Positions 49,716 through 59,289 of a stretch of DNA of 64,000 nucleotides are shown here, piece after piece. A program made the translations under genes and the position numbers. The number at the start of each line of letters is the position of its first letter. Position 1 is the stretch's first letter. The notes below the pieces were generated by a model, which worked only from the letters and a program-made list of their open reading frames with translations, was not told the origin of the DNA and made no database searches. Source of the DNA: Enterobacteria phage vB_EcoM_IME340; the sequence record MH051916; one strand, written 5' to 3'.

Positions 49716-49878
49716 AAAGCAGATGTTTTTAATGAAGCTAATTGAAGAATATGCTAATGCAGTTTCTGACTATGAGTGTTCTTCTCGTGAAAGGGGTATA
49801 GCTTTCGCAAAAGAAGAAATGAAAATCATGGTTGATGCTCACACAAAGCTTCAGAATTTTATTGAAAACGTCATTTAA
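49705..49878 (+). CDS. Small helical protein, ~60 aa paralog family member
   Basis: 57 aa ORF (MKTEKQMFLMKLIEEYANAV...) overlapping the previous stop; below the track threshold. Confidence 0.45.
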   Translation: MKTEKQMFLMKLIEEYANAVSDYECSSRERGIAFAKEEMKIMVDAHTKLQNFIENVI

Positions 49879-49880
49879 CG

Positions 49881-49910
49881 GTTTACAAGTTGGCAAGGTT
49901 ATGGTATAGT
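49881..49910 (+). promoter_or_regulatory. T4 early promoter (gtttac / tatagt)
   Basis: gtttac, 18 bp spacer, tggTATAGT. Confidence 0.55.
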
Positions 49911-49938
49911 AATCTTGTCAACTGCTAAGGAGAAGAGA

Positions 49939-50043
49939 ATGAAAATTTTGTTTGTTGTGTATGTGATGATTCAATATAATTACCCAATGTTTACGTATAA
50001 TTTGGTGAACAACATTATTGATATTATTCAAAGGAGTATGTAA
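49939..50043 (+). CDS. Very small hydrophobic ORF
   Basis: 34 aa (MKILFVVYVMIQYNYPMF...) with aaggagaagagaATG directly after the promoter. Confidence 0.3.
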   Translation: MKILFVVYVMIQYNYPMFTYNLVNNIIDIIQRSM

Positions 50044-50228
50044 TGACAAGTGAGCAGGCTTTTAAATTAAGAGAATTAATTGAGACGTATAGTAGAGCTG
50101 TTCATACATCAACAATTATTGATGAATCAGCTTTCTCCGGACATGCTAACAAGATTAAATACAAAACTCTTATGGAAGAAGCTAAAGTAAATCTTGATTC
50201 TTATATTGAAACTTTAATTGGTAAATAA
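50043..50228 (+). CDS. Small helical protein, ~60 aa paralog family member
   Basis: 61 aa (MTSEQAFKLRELIETYSRAV...). Confidence 0.5.
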   Translation: MTSEQAFKLRELIETYSRAVHTSTIIDESAFSGHANKIKYKTLMEEAKVNLDSYIETLIGK

Positions 50229-50229
50229 T

Positions 50230-50772
50230 ATGAAAGCTGTAATTGAAACAACTGATTTGTTCGGTGACCTGGTTATCGAAAAACGTGATAATGTATACGT
50301 TCTGACGCAGGAAGACGATAATATTACTATTCTTCCTATGGAACTGGCTGCGATTTTATCTTATGCTCCCTCAGGAGTTACCGGTGTAACTAATATTACA
50401 GGCGACCTCCAAGTTCGTTTTTATCGTGGCCTTTACGGCGGTAATATTGAAACTGAATTTATGTGTCTTTCTATCAACAATTGGGCAACATTCGTTACCA
50501 AGGTGAAAGAATTCTTGGAATCTGAAACAATCGAAACACCCGAAAAGGCTAAACTTCAATGGGCTAAAGATCGCGGTGCTAGCATTATTAATCCAGTAGC
50601 TGCAAATTATACTACGACTTTGGATGTCAAGACTTCTTATGAAGATGGCGATGTCGTACTTGTTCGCCAAATTGATGATTCTCGAGCACATATTGTCACA
50701 TTTACCAAAGACGAAGCTATTGCACTAAAGACTTATCTTGATTCTGTCATTCCAACTATGATTTCAAAGTGA
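50230..50772 (+). CDS. Hypothetical protein, tandem paralog 1
   Basis: 180 aa from ATG at MKAVIETTD; C-terminus KDEAIALKTYLDSVIPTM resembles the next ORF. Confidence 0.6.
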   Translation: MKAVIETTDLFGDLVIEKRDNVYVLTQEDDNITILPMELAAILSYAPSGVTGVTNITGDLQVRFYRGLYGGNIETEFMCLSINNWATFVTKVKEFLESETIETPEKAKLQWAKDRGASIINPVAANYTTTLDVKTSYEDGDVVLVRQIDDSRAHIVTFTKDEAIALKTYLDSVIPTMISK

Positions 50773-50778
50773 GGAAAT

Positions 50779-51300
50779 ATGTTTATTTCAAGTGGAAGTG
50801 GTTTAATTCGCGTTGAATTTAAAAATGACATCTTTCTTATTCAAGGAGATGATATTATTAAAATGAGTTATGACGAAATCAAGAAAATTTGTCATGCTCT
50901 TGAAAGTCATGGAAAAGTGAACGCTGTTATTGATATTGGCGATTTATGGGTGACACTTTATGAAGTATCCGAAGGATTTAACATTGAAGATGAAAATAAC
51001 ATTTTAGCTATTGATAAAAGAACTGATTTGTTTGATGTATTAAAAGCCTATGAGCAGTCAAATGGCGGAAGAAAAGCTGTATTGATTTATCAAAAACCGC
51101 ATTCATGTGGAACTGCTTCAATCATTTCAAATATTGAAGGCGAAGTTGATACTTATATGTGTGTTTTAAAAGCTGGTGGTGACCGTCATCCGGATTTTAT
51201 TTCTATTCGTCAAAACAATGAAGAAATTTCATTGTCAAAATCAGAAGCTGAAGCTATGATTAAGTATTTAACAACCGTTACGCCTTCAATGAAAGGATAA
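50779..51300 (+). CDS. Hypothetical protein, tandem paralog 2
   Basis: 173 aa; C-terminus KSEAEAMIKYLTTVTPSM resembles the previous ORF. Confidence 0.6.
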   Translation: MFISSGSGLIRVEFKNDIFLIQGDDIIKMSYDEIKKICHALESHGKVNAVIDIGDLWVTLYEVSEGFNIEDENNILAIDKRTDLFDVLKAYEQSNGGRKAVLIYQKPHSCGTASIISNIEGEVDTYMCVLKAGGDRHPDFISIRQNNEEISLSKSEAEAMIKYLTTVTPSMKG

Positions 51301-51302
51301 TT

Positions 51303-51764
51303 ATGATTATTAATGAAAACTCTTGGCACTATAAATTATTCAAATTGTTTAACGATGAATGGCAACGACCTAAGACACTATGCGCATATTTTTGGTCTAT
51401 TGCCATACCTACATTTTTCGTTTCTATTTTTGGGTGTGCTATACTCGTAGGGTTAACAATTATTTGTGCAGAAAGCCTACAACGTTGGCTTATTTTCGGT
51501 AGTTTATGGACTCTTCTTCCATCGGCATTTATACTTGCGCTTTTGGTTGTTTTACTTATTATCGGTTCATTTGTTATTCCTGCACATTTGCGTGAAAAAT
51601 ATAAAGATTATAAATGGAAAAAGGATTATGCTTTACACGTAGAAAATATTGATAGGGCGTATAAAGGTTTACCTCCTATTCAACCCAAGAAATCGATTAT
51701 CGTTGAATTTTTAAAAGCTCGTAAAGCTAAAGTATGTCCTGTTATTGAATATAAGGCTGAATGA
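51303..51764 (+). CDS. Membrane protein
   Basis: 153 aa with two long hydrophobic helices. Confidence 0.6.
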   Translation: MIINENSWHYKLFKLFNDEWQRPKTLCAYFWSIAIPTFFVSIFGCAILVGLTIICAESLQRWLIFGSLWTLLPSAFILALLVVLLIIGSFVIPAHLREKYKDYKWKKDYALHVENIDRAYKGLPPIQPKKSIIVEFLKARKAKVCPVIEYKAE

Positions 51765-52774
51765 TGAAAACAGTAATGAAAAGCTATTTTGGTAGTCATC
51801 TTTATGGAATTTCTACTCCAGAATCTGATGTAGATTTTAAAGAAATCTTTGTTCCTCCTGCTCGCGATATTCTTATTGGAAACGTCAAAGAGCACATGAG
51901 TAAAAACACTAACAACACATCATCTAAAAACACTAAAGATGATATTGACCATGAACTATACAGTCTTAAGTATTTCTTTAAATTAGCAGCAGATGGTGAA
52001 ACTGTAGCATTGGATATGCTTCACACTCCACCTGAACTAGTGGTTAAATCTGATTTGCCTGATGTGTGGAAGTTTATTCAAGACAACCGTTCTCGTTTTT
52101 ATACGACTAACATGAAATCCTATTTAGGATATGTCCGCAAGCAAGCTTCTAAATATGGTGTTAAGGGTTCTCGTTTGGCCGCATTGCGTGATGTATTGAA
52201 AGTAGTTAATCAAATCCCCGATCAGTGGGTTGATTACCGAGAAGATGGAACACAAGGACAACGTCGTACTAAAATTGCAGATATTAAACACCGTCTTCCA
52301 GAAAACGAATTCTGCGAATGGGTATTTCATAATCATGAGAAAACAGGCCCGCAAACGTTCTATACTGTGTTGGGTCGTAAATATCAGACAACGCTTTCTC
52401 TTATTGAGCTTAAGCAGTCTTTGAATAAACTTGATGCTGAATATGGTGAACGCGCTCGTAAGGCTGAAGCTAATGAGGGCATTGACTGGAAAGCTCTGAG
52501 TCATGCTTGCCGTGGTGGACTCCAACTATTGGAAATTTACAAAACTGGTGACTTAGTCTATCCACTTCAAGACGCTCCATTTATTCTCGACGTGAAGTTG
52601 GGTAAACATCCATTTAAAACTGTTCAAGAGTTTTTGGAAGATGTGGTCGATCAAGTAGAAGCAGCATCCATTGAAGCTTCTAAGAACGGTATGCAGCAAA
52701 AAGTAGACATGGGTTTCTGGGATGACTTCCTTGAGAGGGTTTATCTTGAAAACCACCGAAGTTATTATAAATGA
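51761..52774 (+). CDS. Pol-beta superfamily nucleotidyltransferase
   Basis: 337 aa; N-terminal signature GSHLYGISTPESDVD (G-S-x9-SD-x-D), later acidic residues, helical C-terminal domain. Confidence 0.7.
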   Translation: MMKTVMKSYFGSHLYGISTPESDVDFKEIFVPPARDILIGNVKEHMSKNTNNTSSKNTKDDIDHELYSLKYFFKLAADGETVALDMLHTPPELVVKSDLPDVWKFIQDNRSRFYTTNMKSYLGYVRKQASKYGVKGSRLAALRDVLKVVNQIPDQWVDYREDGTQGQRRTKIADIKHRLPENEFCEWVFHNHEKTGPQTFYTVLGRKYQTTLSLIELKQSLNKLDAEYGERARKAEANEGIDWKALSHACRGGLQLLEIYKTGDLVYPLQDAPFILDVKLGKHPFKTVQEFLEDVVDQVEAASIEASKNGMQQKVDMGFWDDFLERVYLENHRSYYK

Positions 52775-52776
52775 TA

Positions 52777-52802
52777 GGGAGCCTTCGGGCTCCCTTTTTT
52801 AT
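52777..52802 (+). terminator. Rho-independent terminator
   Basis: gggagcc-ttcg-ggctccc hairpin followed by tttttt. Confidence 0.75.
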
Positions 52803-52825
52803 TTCAAAATTTTTTTCACAAAACG

Positions 52826-52855
52826 GTTTACAAGCATAAAGCTTTATGGTACTAT
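52826..52855 (+). promoter_or_regulatory. T4 early promoter with UP element
   Basis: aaaatttttttcacaaaacgGTTTACa, 18 bp spacer, tggTACTATacaactatcaact, then ggagaataaaATG. Confidence 0.65.
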
Positions 52856-52889
52856 ACAACTATCAACTGATACGGATTTGGAGAATAAA

Positions 52890-53858
52890 ATGAAAACTGT
52901 AACTATCAATAAGGGTATCTACTTCGGTAAAGAAATCTCTGGAACTTTTGAGCTCTTAGGCGAATGGTTCCCAGATAATGCTCCGGTAGATGCACAAGGA
53001 GATGGTAAAGTTTTTGTTGAAATTGACGGTAAACGTCGCGGTGTTTGGGTTTACAAATCAGATATTTCATATGATGGTGTAAAAGTTGAAGAAGTTAAAG
53101 AATCGTATGAAGATATGAAAACCCGCATTAATAAAAGATTTAATGTTATGGGAATGATGACGAATGGTATTATTAATGGAAATATTCGTTCATTAATTAT
53201 CTCTGGCGCAGCAGGTATTGGTAAAACGTATTCTTTAGATAAAGCTTTAAATAAAGCAAATGATAATGGATACATTGAATATAAAAGCATTAATGGTAAA
53301 ATCTCTGGTATTGGTCTTTATGAGCAGCTTTGGAATAATCGTGAAGAGAATTCTGTCCTTTTGATTGATGATGTGGATGTTTTTTCTGATATGGACATTC
53401 TTAATCTTCTGAAAGCTGCTCTGGACACTGGAGAGACCCGTAAAGTCTGCTGGAGCACTGCATCTTCTTACTTAGAAGAAAAAGGCATTGACCGTGAGTT
53501 TGAATTTAAAGGAACGATTGTTTTTATCACAAACGTTGACATTGACCGCGAATTAGACCGTGGTACTAAACTTGCCCCACACTTACAAGCATTAGTGTCA
53601 CGCTCAGTTTATTTGGATTTGGGTGTTCACACTAATGAAGAAATTATGGTCAGGGTTGAAGATGTTATTCTTTCAACTGACATGATGCAAAAGCGCGGTC
53701 TTTCTGATGAAGAAACTTATAAAGCATTATCATGGATGAAAGTTAATGTTAATCGTTTACGCAATGTTTCACTGCGTACTGCTCTTTATCTTGCTGACTT
53801 TATTATGACCGACAAAAACGGTTGGGAAGAAATTGCTGAGGTTACTCTTCTGAAATAA
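52890..53858 (+). CDS. AAA+ ATPase
   Basis: 322 aa from ATG at MKTVTINK; Walker A SGAAGIGKT, Walker B VLLIDDVD. Confidence 0.72.
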   Translation: MKTVTINKGIYFGKEISGTFELLGEWFPDNAPVDAQGDGKVFVEIDGKRRGVWVYKSDISYDGVKVEEVKESYEDMKTRINKRFNVMGMMTNGIINGNIRSLIISGAAGIGKTYSLDKALNKANDNGYIEYKSINGKISGIGLYEQLWNNREENSVLLIDDVDVFSDMDILNLLKAALDTGETRKVCWSTASSYLEEKGIDREFEFKGTIVFITNVDIDRELDRGTKLAPHLQALVSRSVYLDLGVHTNEEIMVRVEDVILSTDMMQKRGLSDEETYKALSWMKVNVNRLRNVSLRTALYLADFIMTDKNGWEEIAEVTLLK

Positions 53859-53959
53859 TTCATAAGAGGACTTCTATGACAAAAAGGCAGTTCAGAAATA
53901 GATTATATGGACTGCCATTAAAAAGATGACTAGAATTAAACTGGTAAATGGAGGTAGTG

Positions 53960-54262
53960 ATGTTATACTCAAAGGCTCGTGAAATTTACGAAACTAAGAT
54001 TAAAGAAGCTGTATTTCAATTTGCAACGACAATGCGATGGACAAATGACTGGGAGTATTCAAAAAATCATAAGAAGCCCATGGTGACAAGAAAGGCTCAC
54101 ATGTTAGTGTTAATAGACCGTGAGCAGATTAAAGCCCGAGAAGCCCTCCAGAATCATAAAAAGGCTGCCTTTGAATGGTTTATGGATAACACTGCTCCCG
54201 AGACTAAGAAAGCAGTGAGCGCATGGTTCAGTGGAAAAAATTGTGAAAGAAGTTTCTTTTAG
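53960..54262 (+). CDS. Hypothetical protein
   Basis: 100 aa from ATG at MLYSKAREIY with GGAGG SD. Confidence 0.5.
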   Translation: MLYSKAREIYETKIKEAVFQFATTMRWTNDWEYSKNHKKPMVTRKAHMLVLIDREQIKAREALQNHKKAAFEWFMDNTAPETKKAVSAWFSGKNCERSFF

Positions 54263-54264
54263 TG

Positions 54265-54294
54265 GTTTACAAGACTGTTCCTCTGTGGTACTAT
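54265..54294 (+). promoter_or_regulatory. T4 early promoter (gtttac / tactat)
   Basis: gtttac, 18 bp spacer, tgtggTACTATacaactatcaactac. Confidence 0.65.
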
Positions 54295-54322
54295 ACAACT
54301 ATCAACTACGGAGGAACACAAA

Positions 54323-54850
54323 ATGAACGCTAAAGATATTTTCAACTTGGTAAATTACAACGATGGTAAATTTAAATCTGAAGCACAAAGTAAGTTCTTT
54401 AATGACATCTCAATCGGAGGTGAAATCACTGTTGATGGAGGACAAATTTACAAATCCCGTTGGAATTGGATCGTTATTATCGATGAGATTGGTATTGTAG
54501 AAATTTACAAGAATACGAATAAAAATCGTACATTACACTGGTCTCGTGATACTAACGAACAGTACAAAAAGGATAAAGCATCTAAATTATCTCGTGTAAC
54601 TCAAGAAGATATTGAGTTCATCAAGAAAGATATTTTAATGTATGATAATTTAATTGCTGAAGAGCAAGCTGTTATTGATAAATTTGACGAGATTAAAGCT
54701 TCTCGTGAAATTCCTGATTTTATGAAAGAATCAGTGAATGAACGATACACTCTCATTTCAGAGCGTATTGAAACTTACAAAAAGCAAAGAGCTGAACGCC
54801 AAAATACTCTTCGGAAGTTTGAAGAACGGTTAAAGACGGTACTCGCATAA
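54323..54850 (+). CDS. Hypothetical protein with C-terminal coiled coil
   Basis: 175 aa; SD ggaggaacacaaaATG. Confidence 0.6.
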   Translation: MNAKDIFNLVNYNDGKFKSEAQSKFFNDISIGGEITVDGGQIYKSRWNWIVIIDEIGIVEIYKNTNKNRTLHWSRDTNEQYKKDKASKLSRVTQEDIEFIKKDILMYDNLIAEEQAVIDKFDEIKASREIPDFMKESVNERYTLISERIETYKKQRAERQNTLRKFEERLKTVLA

Positions 54851-54905
54851 CCGCTTTATACCAAGGATGGTATAATGGTTCTAAGCCCTTTTAATTGAGA
54901 TTATT

Positions 54906-55313
54906 ATGAAACAGTTGATAATTAAAAGATTGAATTTATTGATATGTTGTTTATGTGTAGTAGTTGCATACGGTTATTACGCAATTAATGATTATATGCA
55001 CTATAAAGATTATGATGTTACTGTAGTTAATACTATTACAGGAACACAAGGAAAAGGGTCTAGTTTATCGTTTATTGCCGTATATGAACTCAAAGACGGT
55101 TATAGATTTAGTGAATATATTTCCCCAGAGATGTATTCTTCAATAGAAAAAGGTGATAATATTACTGTAAGTTTACGTCCTTTCGACGTAAAACAGACAC
55201 TGTTTGATAATATTATTTGGTTCTTTGGGATGGTATTAGTTCAATCTGTGTGTGGTGCTTACGTAGTCTGTTCCATCTTATTCTGTATATTTAGTAAAAT
55301 TGAAATTGAGTGA
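54906..55313 (+). CDS. Membrane protein
   Basis: 135 aa; N-terminal and C-terminal transmembrane helices flanking a soluble domain. Confidence 0.6.
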   Translation: MKQLIIKRLNLLICCLCVVVAYGYYAINDYMHYKDYDVTVVNTITGTQGKGSSLSFIAVYELKDGYRFSEYISPEMYSSIEKGDNITVSLRPFDVKQTLFDNIIWFFGMVLVQSVCGAYVVCSILFCIFSKIEIE

Positions 55314-55320
55314 GGAAAAT

Positions 55321-56211
55321 ATGTCAGTCGTAATTAATAATGTCAATGCAGTAATTAAATCTTTAGTTAATAAAAAAATGATGAATGAATGGACTGTATT
55401 TCGTCGTGGAGAGCCAGATAAATTTTTTCATAGATTTAACCCAACTTTGGATTTGAATGTTATTGACAGAGATGTTCATGCCGAAATTTTAGATAAGTTT
55501 AAAGTTGATATTGGCTTTGGATTAGAAAAACATTTACAGCGAACAAATGGGTCTGGAATGAGTTTATCTAATCGCATTATGAAAGCCCTTAATAAAATTG
55601 GAGCGTTGTCTCGTATTAATGCGAGTGAAATCCTTCGTAATTATAATAAAGGATATGACCTTTATGGTCGACTAATGCCGAAATTATCATTCGATCAAAT
55701 GATAGCGGATTTGTGGGAAAATCAACGACGATTATTAGCATTAGGCGCTCGATTAGCTAAAGGTCTAGATAAACAAATGATTTTTAAGACCAATAATACA
55801 GAAGACCTTAAATGCTTTAAATTTAGTATTCGTGGAGATGATTATTACATCAGAGCTCGCTCTACAGATTATGTTAATATGGGGCATCATCTCTGTTTGG
55901 CTTTTGAAGTTTTAAAAGAAGCTGGAACATTAGAATATTCATCTGGTGCAAAATGCCCTATTGGTTCAAGTTGTATTTTAATTTATCGCCCGGATGAATC
56001 CAGTTCAACTAAATTGCCTACGAAACCTGTACCAGTTCGTAGTAACGAAAAACATTCTGAACAAATTGATTATTTTAATAAACAGATTGAAGAGCTGAAT
56101 ATTTCTATTCAACAATATGACGATGAAATTTTCAGACTATCTGGATTGAGTAGTAAAGCTAAATCTGAGCGTGAAAAGTTAATTAAAATTGTTGATTTAC
56201 TTAAATCTTAA
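55321..56211 (+). CDS. Paralog family protein A (variable N-domain, conserved C-terminal coiled coil)
   Basis: 296 aa from ATG at MSVVINN (track began at upstream TTG); C-terminal KPV linker plus coiled coil shared with the next three ORFs. Confidence 0.62.
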   Translation: MSVVINNVNAVIKSLVNKKMMNEWTVFRRGEPDKFFHRFNPTLDLNVIDRDVHAEILDKFKVDIGFGLEKHLQRTNGSGMSLSNRIMKALNKIGALSRINASEILRNYNKGYDLYGRLMPKLSFDQMIADLWENQRRLLALGARLAKGLDKQMIFKTNNTEDLKCFKFSIRGDDYYIRARSTDYVNMGHHLCLAFEVLKEAGTLEYSSGAKCPIGSSCILIYRPDESSSTKLPTKPVPVRSNEKHSEQIDYFNKQIEELNISIQQYDDEIFRLSGLSSKAKSEREKLIKIVDLLKS

Positions 56212-56219
56212 GGAACACT

Positions 56220-57248
56220 ATGAAAACTCGTTCTCAAATTGAAGATATGGTTCGTAACGCTAGCGATACTCGTGATGTTATGACATTTTTGTGTGAAAAT
56301 AATTTAGATTTTGATAAAGTTAATCGTGCTATTCATCACTTTAAATATCTGAATAGCAGTGAATGGGTGCGTAATTTTAGTAAAGCAGGGTATATTACGC
56401 AAATGACTGCTCGTGAGCAGCTCACCGATTTCTGTAAAACTATTGATTATAAAAATCCTCTATTTGTTCAAGGCGTTGGTCAAAGTAAGGTCAATTTATC
56501 ATCTGGATTTTTCAATCCAAATCATTATCGTATTGAATGGAGATTTATTGCTCTGTTCCGTAGACAATTAAAGCAAATTTTATCAACTGCGAGTCGATTA
56601 AAAGGTTCTGATATTAACTTAAAGAATCTGAAATTTGATGGTTATACTCTTCAGATGGAAGTAAGACCATTAAAAGAAAATAATAGAACCGCACGAATTA
56701 GCTTTAAACCTAATACAAAAAATTCTCTTTCAATTTGTGAATGCCTTAAATCACAGTTGACAGAAGCATTTAAGTATATGGATGTTGTTGCTGGTGTTCA
56801 GTCTAAGATTTCAAAGCATTTCGAACGATTTAAATTAGACACAACAACATATGAACTTGATATGATCGTTTCATTTAAATACGATTTTTTGAGAAAGGAT
56901 GAAGTCACGCAAGAGAAAAAGCAGGAAGTGCAAGATAACTTAAATTTAAATTTATCCAATTACTCATCAAACGATCCTAAATTTTGGATGTATAGTTCAG
57001 GTAATAAGGATGCATGGAAATTCAATAAAGTGAATTTTCTTCCTGTTGAAAATCCGAGTCTTAAACCTGTTGAAAAATGGCATGCTGATGCGATTGAGAA
57101 GTCTATCAAGGCAGTAGATGATGAACTCGTTAAAGCAACTAATGAAGTGTTAGAAGCTGAAAAGATGTTAGAAAAAGCTCAAGAAAAAGTCAAAAATCTC
57201 ACGAAGCAACGTTCTAAACTGAACAATGCACTAAATGCACTGAACTAG
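56220..57248 (+). CDS. Paralog family protein B
   Basis: 342 aa; shares the W..F...L...A..L core motif and C-terminal coiled coil with A, C and D. Confidence 0.62.
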   Translation: MKTRSQIEDMVRNASDTRDVMTFLCENNLDFDKVNRAIHHFKYLNSSEWVRNFSKAGYITQMTAREQLTDFCKTIDYKNPLFVQGVGQSKVNLSSGFFNPNHYRIEWRFIALFRRQLKQILSTASRLKGSDINLKNLKFDGYTLQMEVRPLKENNRTARISFKPNTKNSLSICECLKSQLTEAFKYMDVVAGVQSKISKHFERFKLDTTTYELDMIVSFKYDFLRKDEVTQEKKQEVQDNLNLNLSNYSSNDPKFWMYSSGNKDAWKFNKVNFLPVENPSLKPVEKWHADAIEKSIKAVDDELVKATNEVLEAEKMLEKAQEKVKNLTKQRSKLNNALNALN

Positions 57249-57278
57249 TTTACTTTACCACAAGGATGTGGTATAATG
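57249..57278 (+). promoter_or_regulatory. T4 early promoter (gtttac / tataat)
   Basis: gtttac, 18 bp spacer, tgtggTATAAT, then gaggagattaatATG. Confidence 0.6.
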
Positions 57279-57305
57279 TTCTTACTTTCTACTGAGGAGA
57301 TTAAT

Positions 57306-58307
57306 ATGACTCGTAACGAATATATCAAATCATTCAACAGCGTTATTGATGATAAAGCTATACCGATGTTTGGCCAAAATAGCGTTATTTCCATTATCAA
57401 TCAATGGCTCAATAGTGTTGACGCAAGTATTGTTTCTTCTGTTAAATTTATTCATGAAATTCGTAAAATTTCTAGCCGTGTAGATAAAGATGTTATCAAG
57501 AAAGCCTTTAAAGAGTCTCGTCTTCTTTCATATTTGGTTAATCGGGATATTCTTGGTAATTTTGGGAAAGAAATTAAACGAACCAAAGATGTAGTAGGAT
57601 ATAATTGGTTCGGTGATGTTAATTCTTATCATCTTAATGTCAAAGAAGACCCCGAGAATATTTTTACTCGTCGTTGGATTAGTAATTTCAGACTTTTCAA
57701 AGGACAGATTCTAAAATCAGCTTCTAAATTATGTTATGGCGATTATCGTCAAATTCATCCTTTGGCTTCTGATATGATTATCATAAAAGAATATGAACTT
57801 GATAAAAATAAAGTATCTATTTTTGTGAATTATGGATTTTTTACACCAGAAACTAATCAAAAGAACATTAATAAATTTTTCTCAATTGCTAGCACTATAA
57901 CTCGTCAATTAGAGACTGCACTACTTTGTATGGAAACGGTAGAAAATATTCATACTTATCCTTTTAAGAATATGTGCGGTTGGGAAGGATATAAAATTGT
58001 AGTTAGTCTTCGTGAAGTGAAATGTGCTTATTCACCGACTGATAAAGAAATTTACCAACAAAAATGTGATGAAATTGTGAATACTCCTAAAGAAGAAACT
58101 ACACTTGAGGAACTAATGGATAATCTTGATGATTCGCCTGAACCCGTAGAAATTCGTCCAGAAGTTATTGCACTAGAAAAAGCTTATAAAGAAGCTCTAG
58201 AAATTTCTAATAAAGCGCAGAAAGAATATGAGCAGGCTAAAAGGATTTGGGAAGAATCTGTTAATCGCCTTGATCGTTTAGAACAAGCTTTACAGTTAAT
58301 TAAGTAA
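57306..58307 (+). CDS. Paralog family protein C
   Basis: 333 aa from ATG at MTRNEY; C-terminal coiled coil. Confidence 0.62.
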   Translation: MTRNEYIKSFNSVIDDKAIPMFGQNSVISIINQWLNSVDASIVSSVKFIHEIRKISSRVDKDVIKKAFKESRLLSYLVNRDILGNFGKEIKRTKDVVGYNWFGDVNSYHLNVKEDPENIFTRRWISNFRLFKGQILKSASKLCYGDYRQIHPLASDMIIIKEYELDKNKVSIFVNYGFFTPETNQKNINKFFSIASTITRQLETALLCMETVENIHTYPFKNMCGWEGYKIVVSLREVKCAYSPTDKEIYQQKCDEIVNTPKEETTLEELMDNLDDSPEPVEIRPEVIALEKAYKEALEISNKAQKEYEQAKRIWEESVNRLDRLEQALQLIK

Positions 58308-58359
58308 TTTAAAGCCAAGGATGGCTCGGAGTATAAATCATTAACCAAGTGAGAAGAAC

Positions 58360-59289
58360 ATGAAAACTCGTAAACATTATATTGATTATTTTGATAGTCT
58401 TATTACTAAACACCGTAATTATCAAATCGGGCACAGAGCAGTAATCAATAATATTCTTCGTGATTTCCTTCAATATGTTGGCCAAGAAAATCATATCTGT
58501 AAAGATACACAGAACGCTTATTCTCATTCGTTGGGCAATTTGCTTGAATGGTTTAAACGTTCTCGTATGTTATCTTCTACTGTAGCTCGCGATAACATTA
58601 AAAACTTTATGAAGCCGAGCTTTATTAAATCTGAGACATCTATAACTGATTTGGTTGAATTTACTATTGTTAACGATGTTAAAAAGACTCATTTGGCTGA
58701 TTGGTTATCTACCATTCCTGAAACTAAATTTGCTGATAAATTTGCTTGTCAATTCAATGACCAAGTGAATATGCTTTTTAAGCATGCTCGCAAACTGTTT
58801 ACTGCGGGCGATGACCGTACAAATACAGTTCATGTTAAGGACTGGGTTATTGCTGATGAAGTAACACACAAGCCAGGTGGTTCATCAGTATTAATTAATA
58901 TCCAGGTTCCTTATTATTACTCACGTAATCTCGGCACCATGACAGCTAGAGAAATTAATAAGCACAACAAAACTATTCGTTCGTTATCTTATAAACTTCG
59001 CATGATGTTAAAAATCATGGACGTAGTAGAAATGTATGACGAAACCGAAAATAATGGTTCAATGTTATACAGTTCACGTATTCTAATTAAACTGAAGAAC
59101 CCTAATACATATAAGCCAGTTGTAAAAGAACCTAAAGTAGAAAAGGTTGATAACCTGAGCGAAGAACGCGAATATCTCAATGCTCGTTTGATTGAAGTTG
59201 AAGCCCAGATTGCCGAACACACCAAATTGTTAAAAGCTCTTAATGCAAAAGCAAATGGTTTACGCAATGCTATTGAGGTATTGAAATGA
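58360..59289 (+). CDS. Paralog family protein D
   Basis: 309 aa; C-terminal coiled coil. Confidence 0.62.
   Translation: MKTRKHYIDYFDSLITKHRNYQIGHRAVINNILRDFLQYVGQENHICKDTQNAYSHSLGNLLEWFKRSRMLSSTVARDNIKNFMKPSFIKSETSITDLVEFTIVNDVKKTHLADWLSTIPETKFADKFACQFNDQVNMLFKHARKLFTAGDDRTNTVHVKDWVIADEVTHKPGGSSVLINIQVPYYYSRNLGTMTAREINKHNKTIRSLSYKLRMMLKIMDVVEMYDETENNGSMLYSSRILIKLKNPNTYKPVVKEPKVEKVDNLSEEREYLNARLIEVEAQIAEHTKLLKALNAKANGLRNAIEVLK

Noticed and set aside
54853-54876. Candidate early promoter upstream of 54906 (gcttta ... ggtataatgg)
   Set aside because: Looks like a truncated copy of the cassette with a -35 to -10 spacer of only about 12 bp; kept out of the feature list because the spacing is not functional as written
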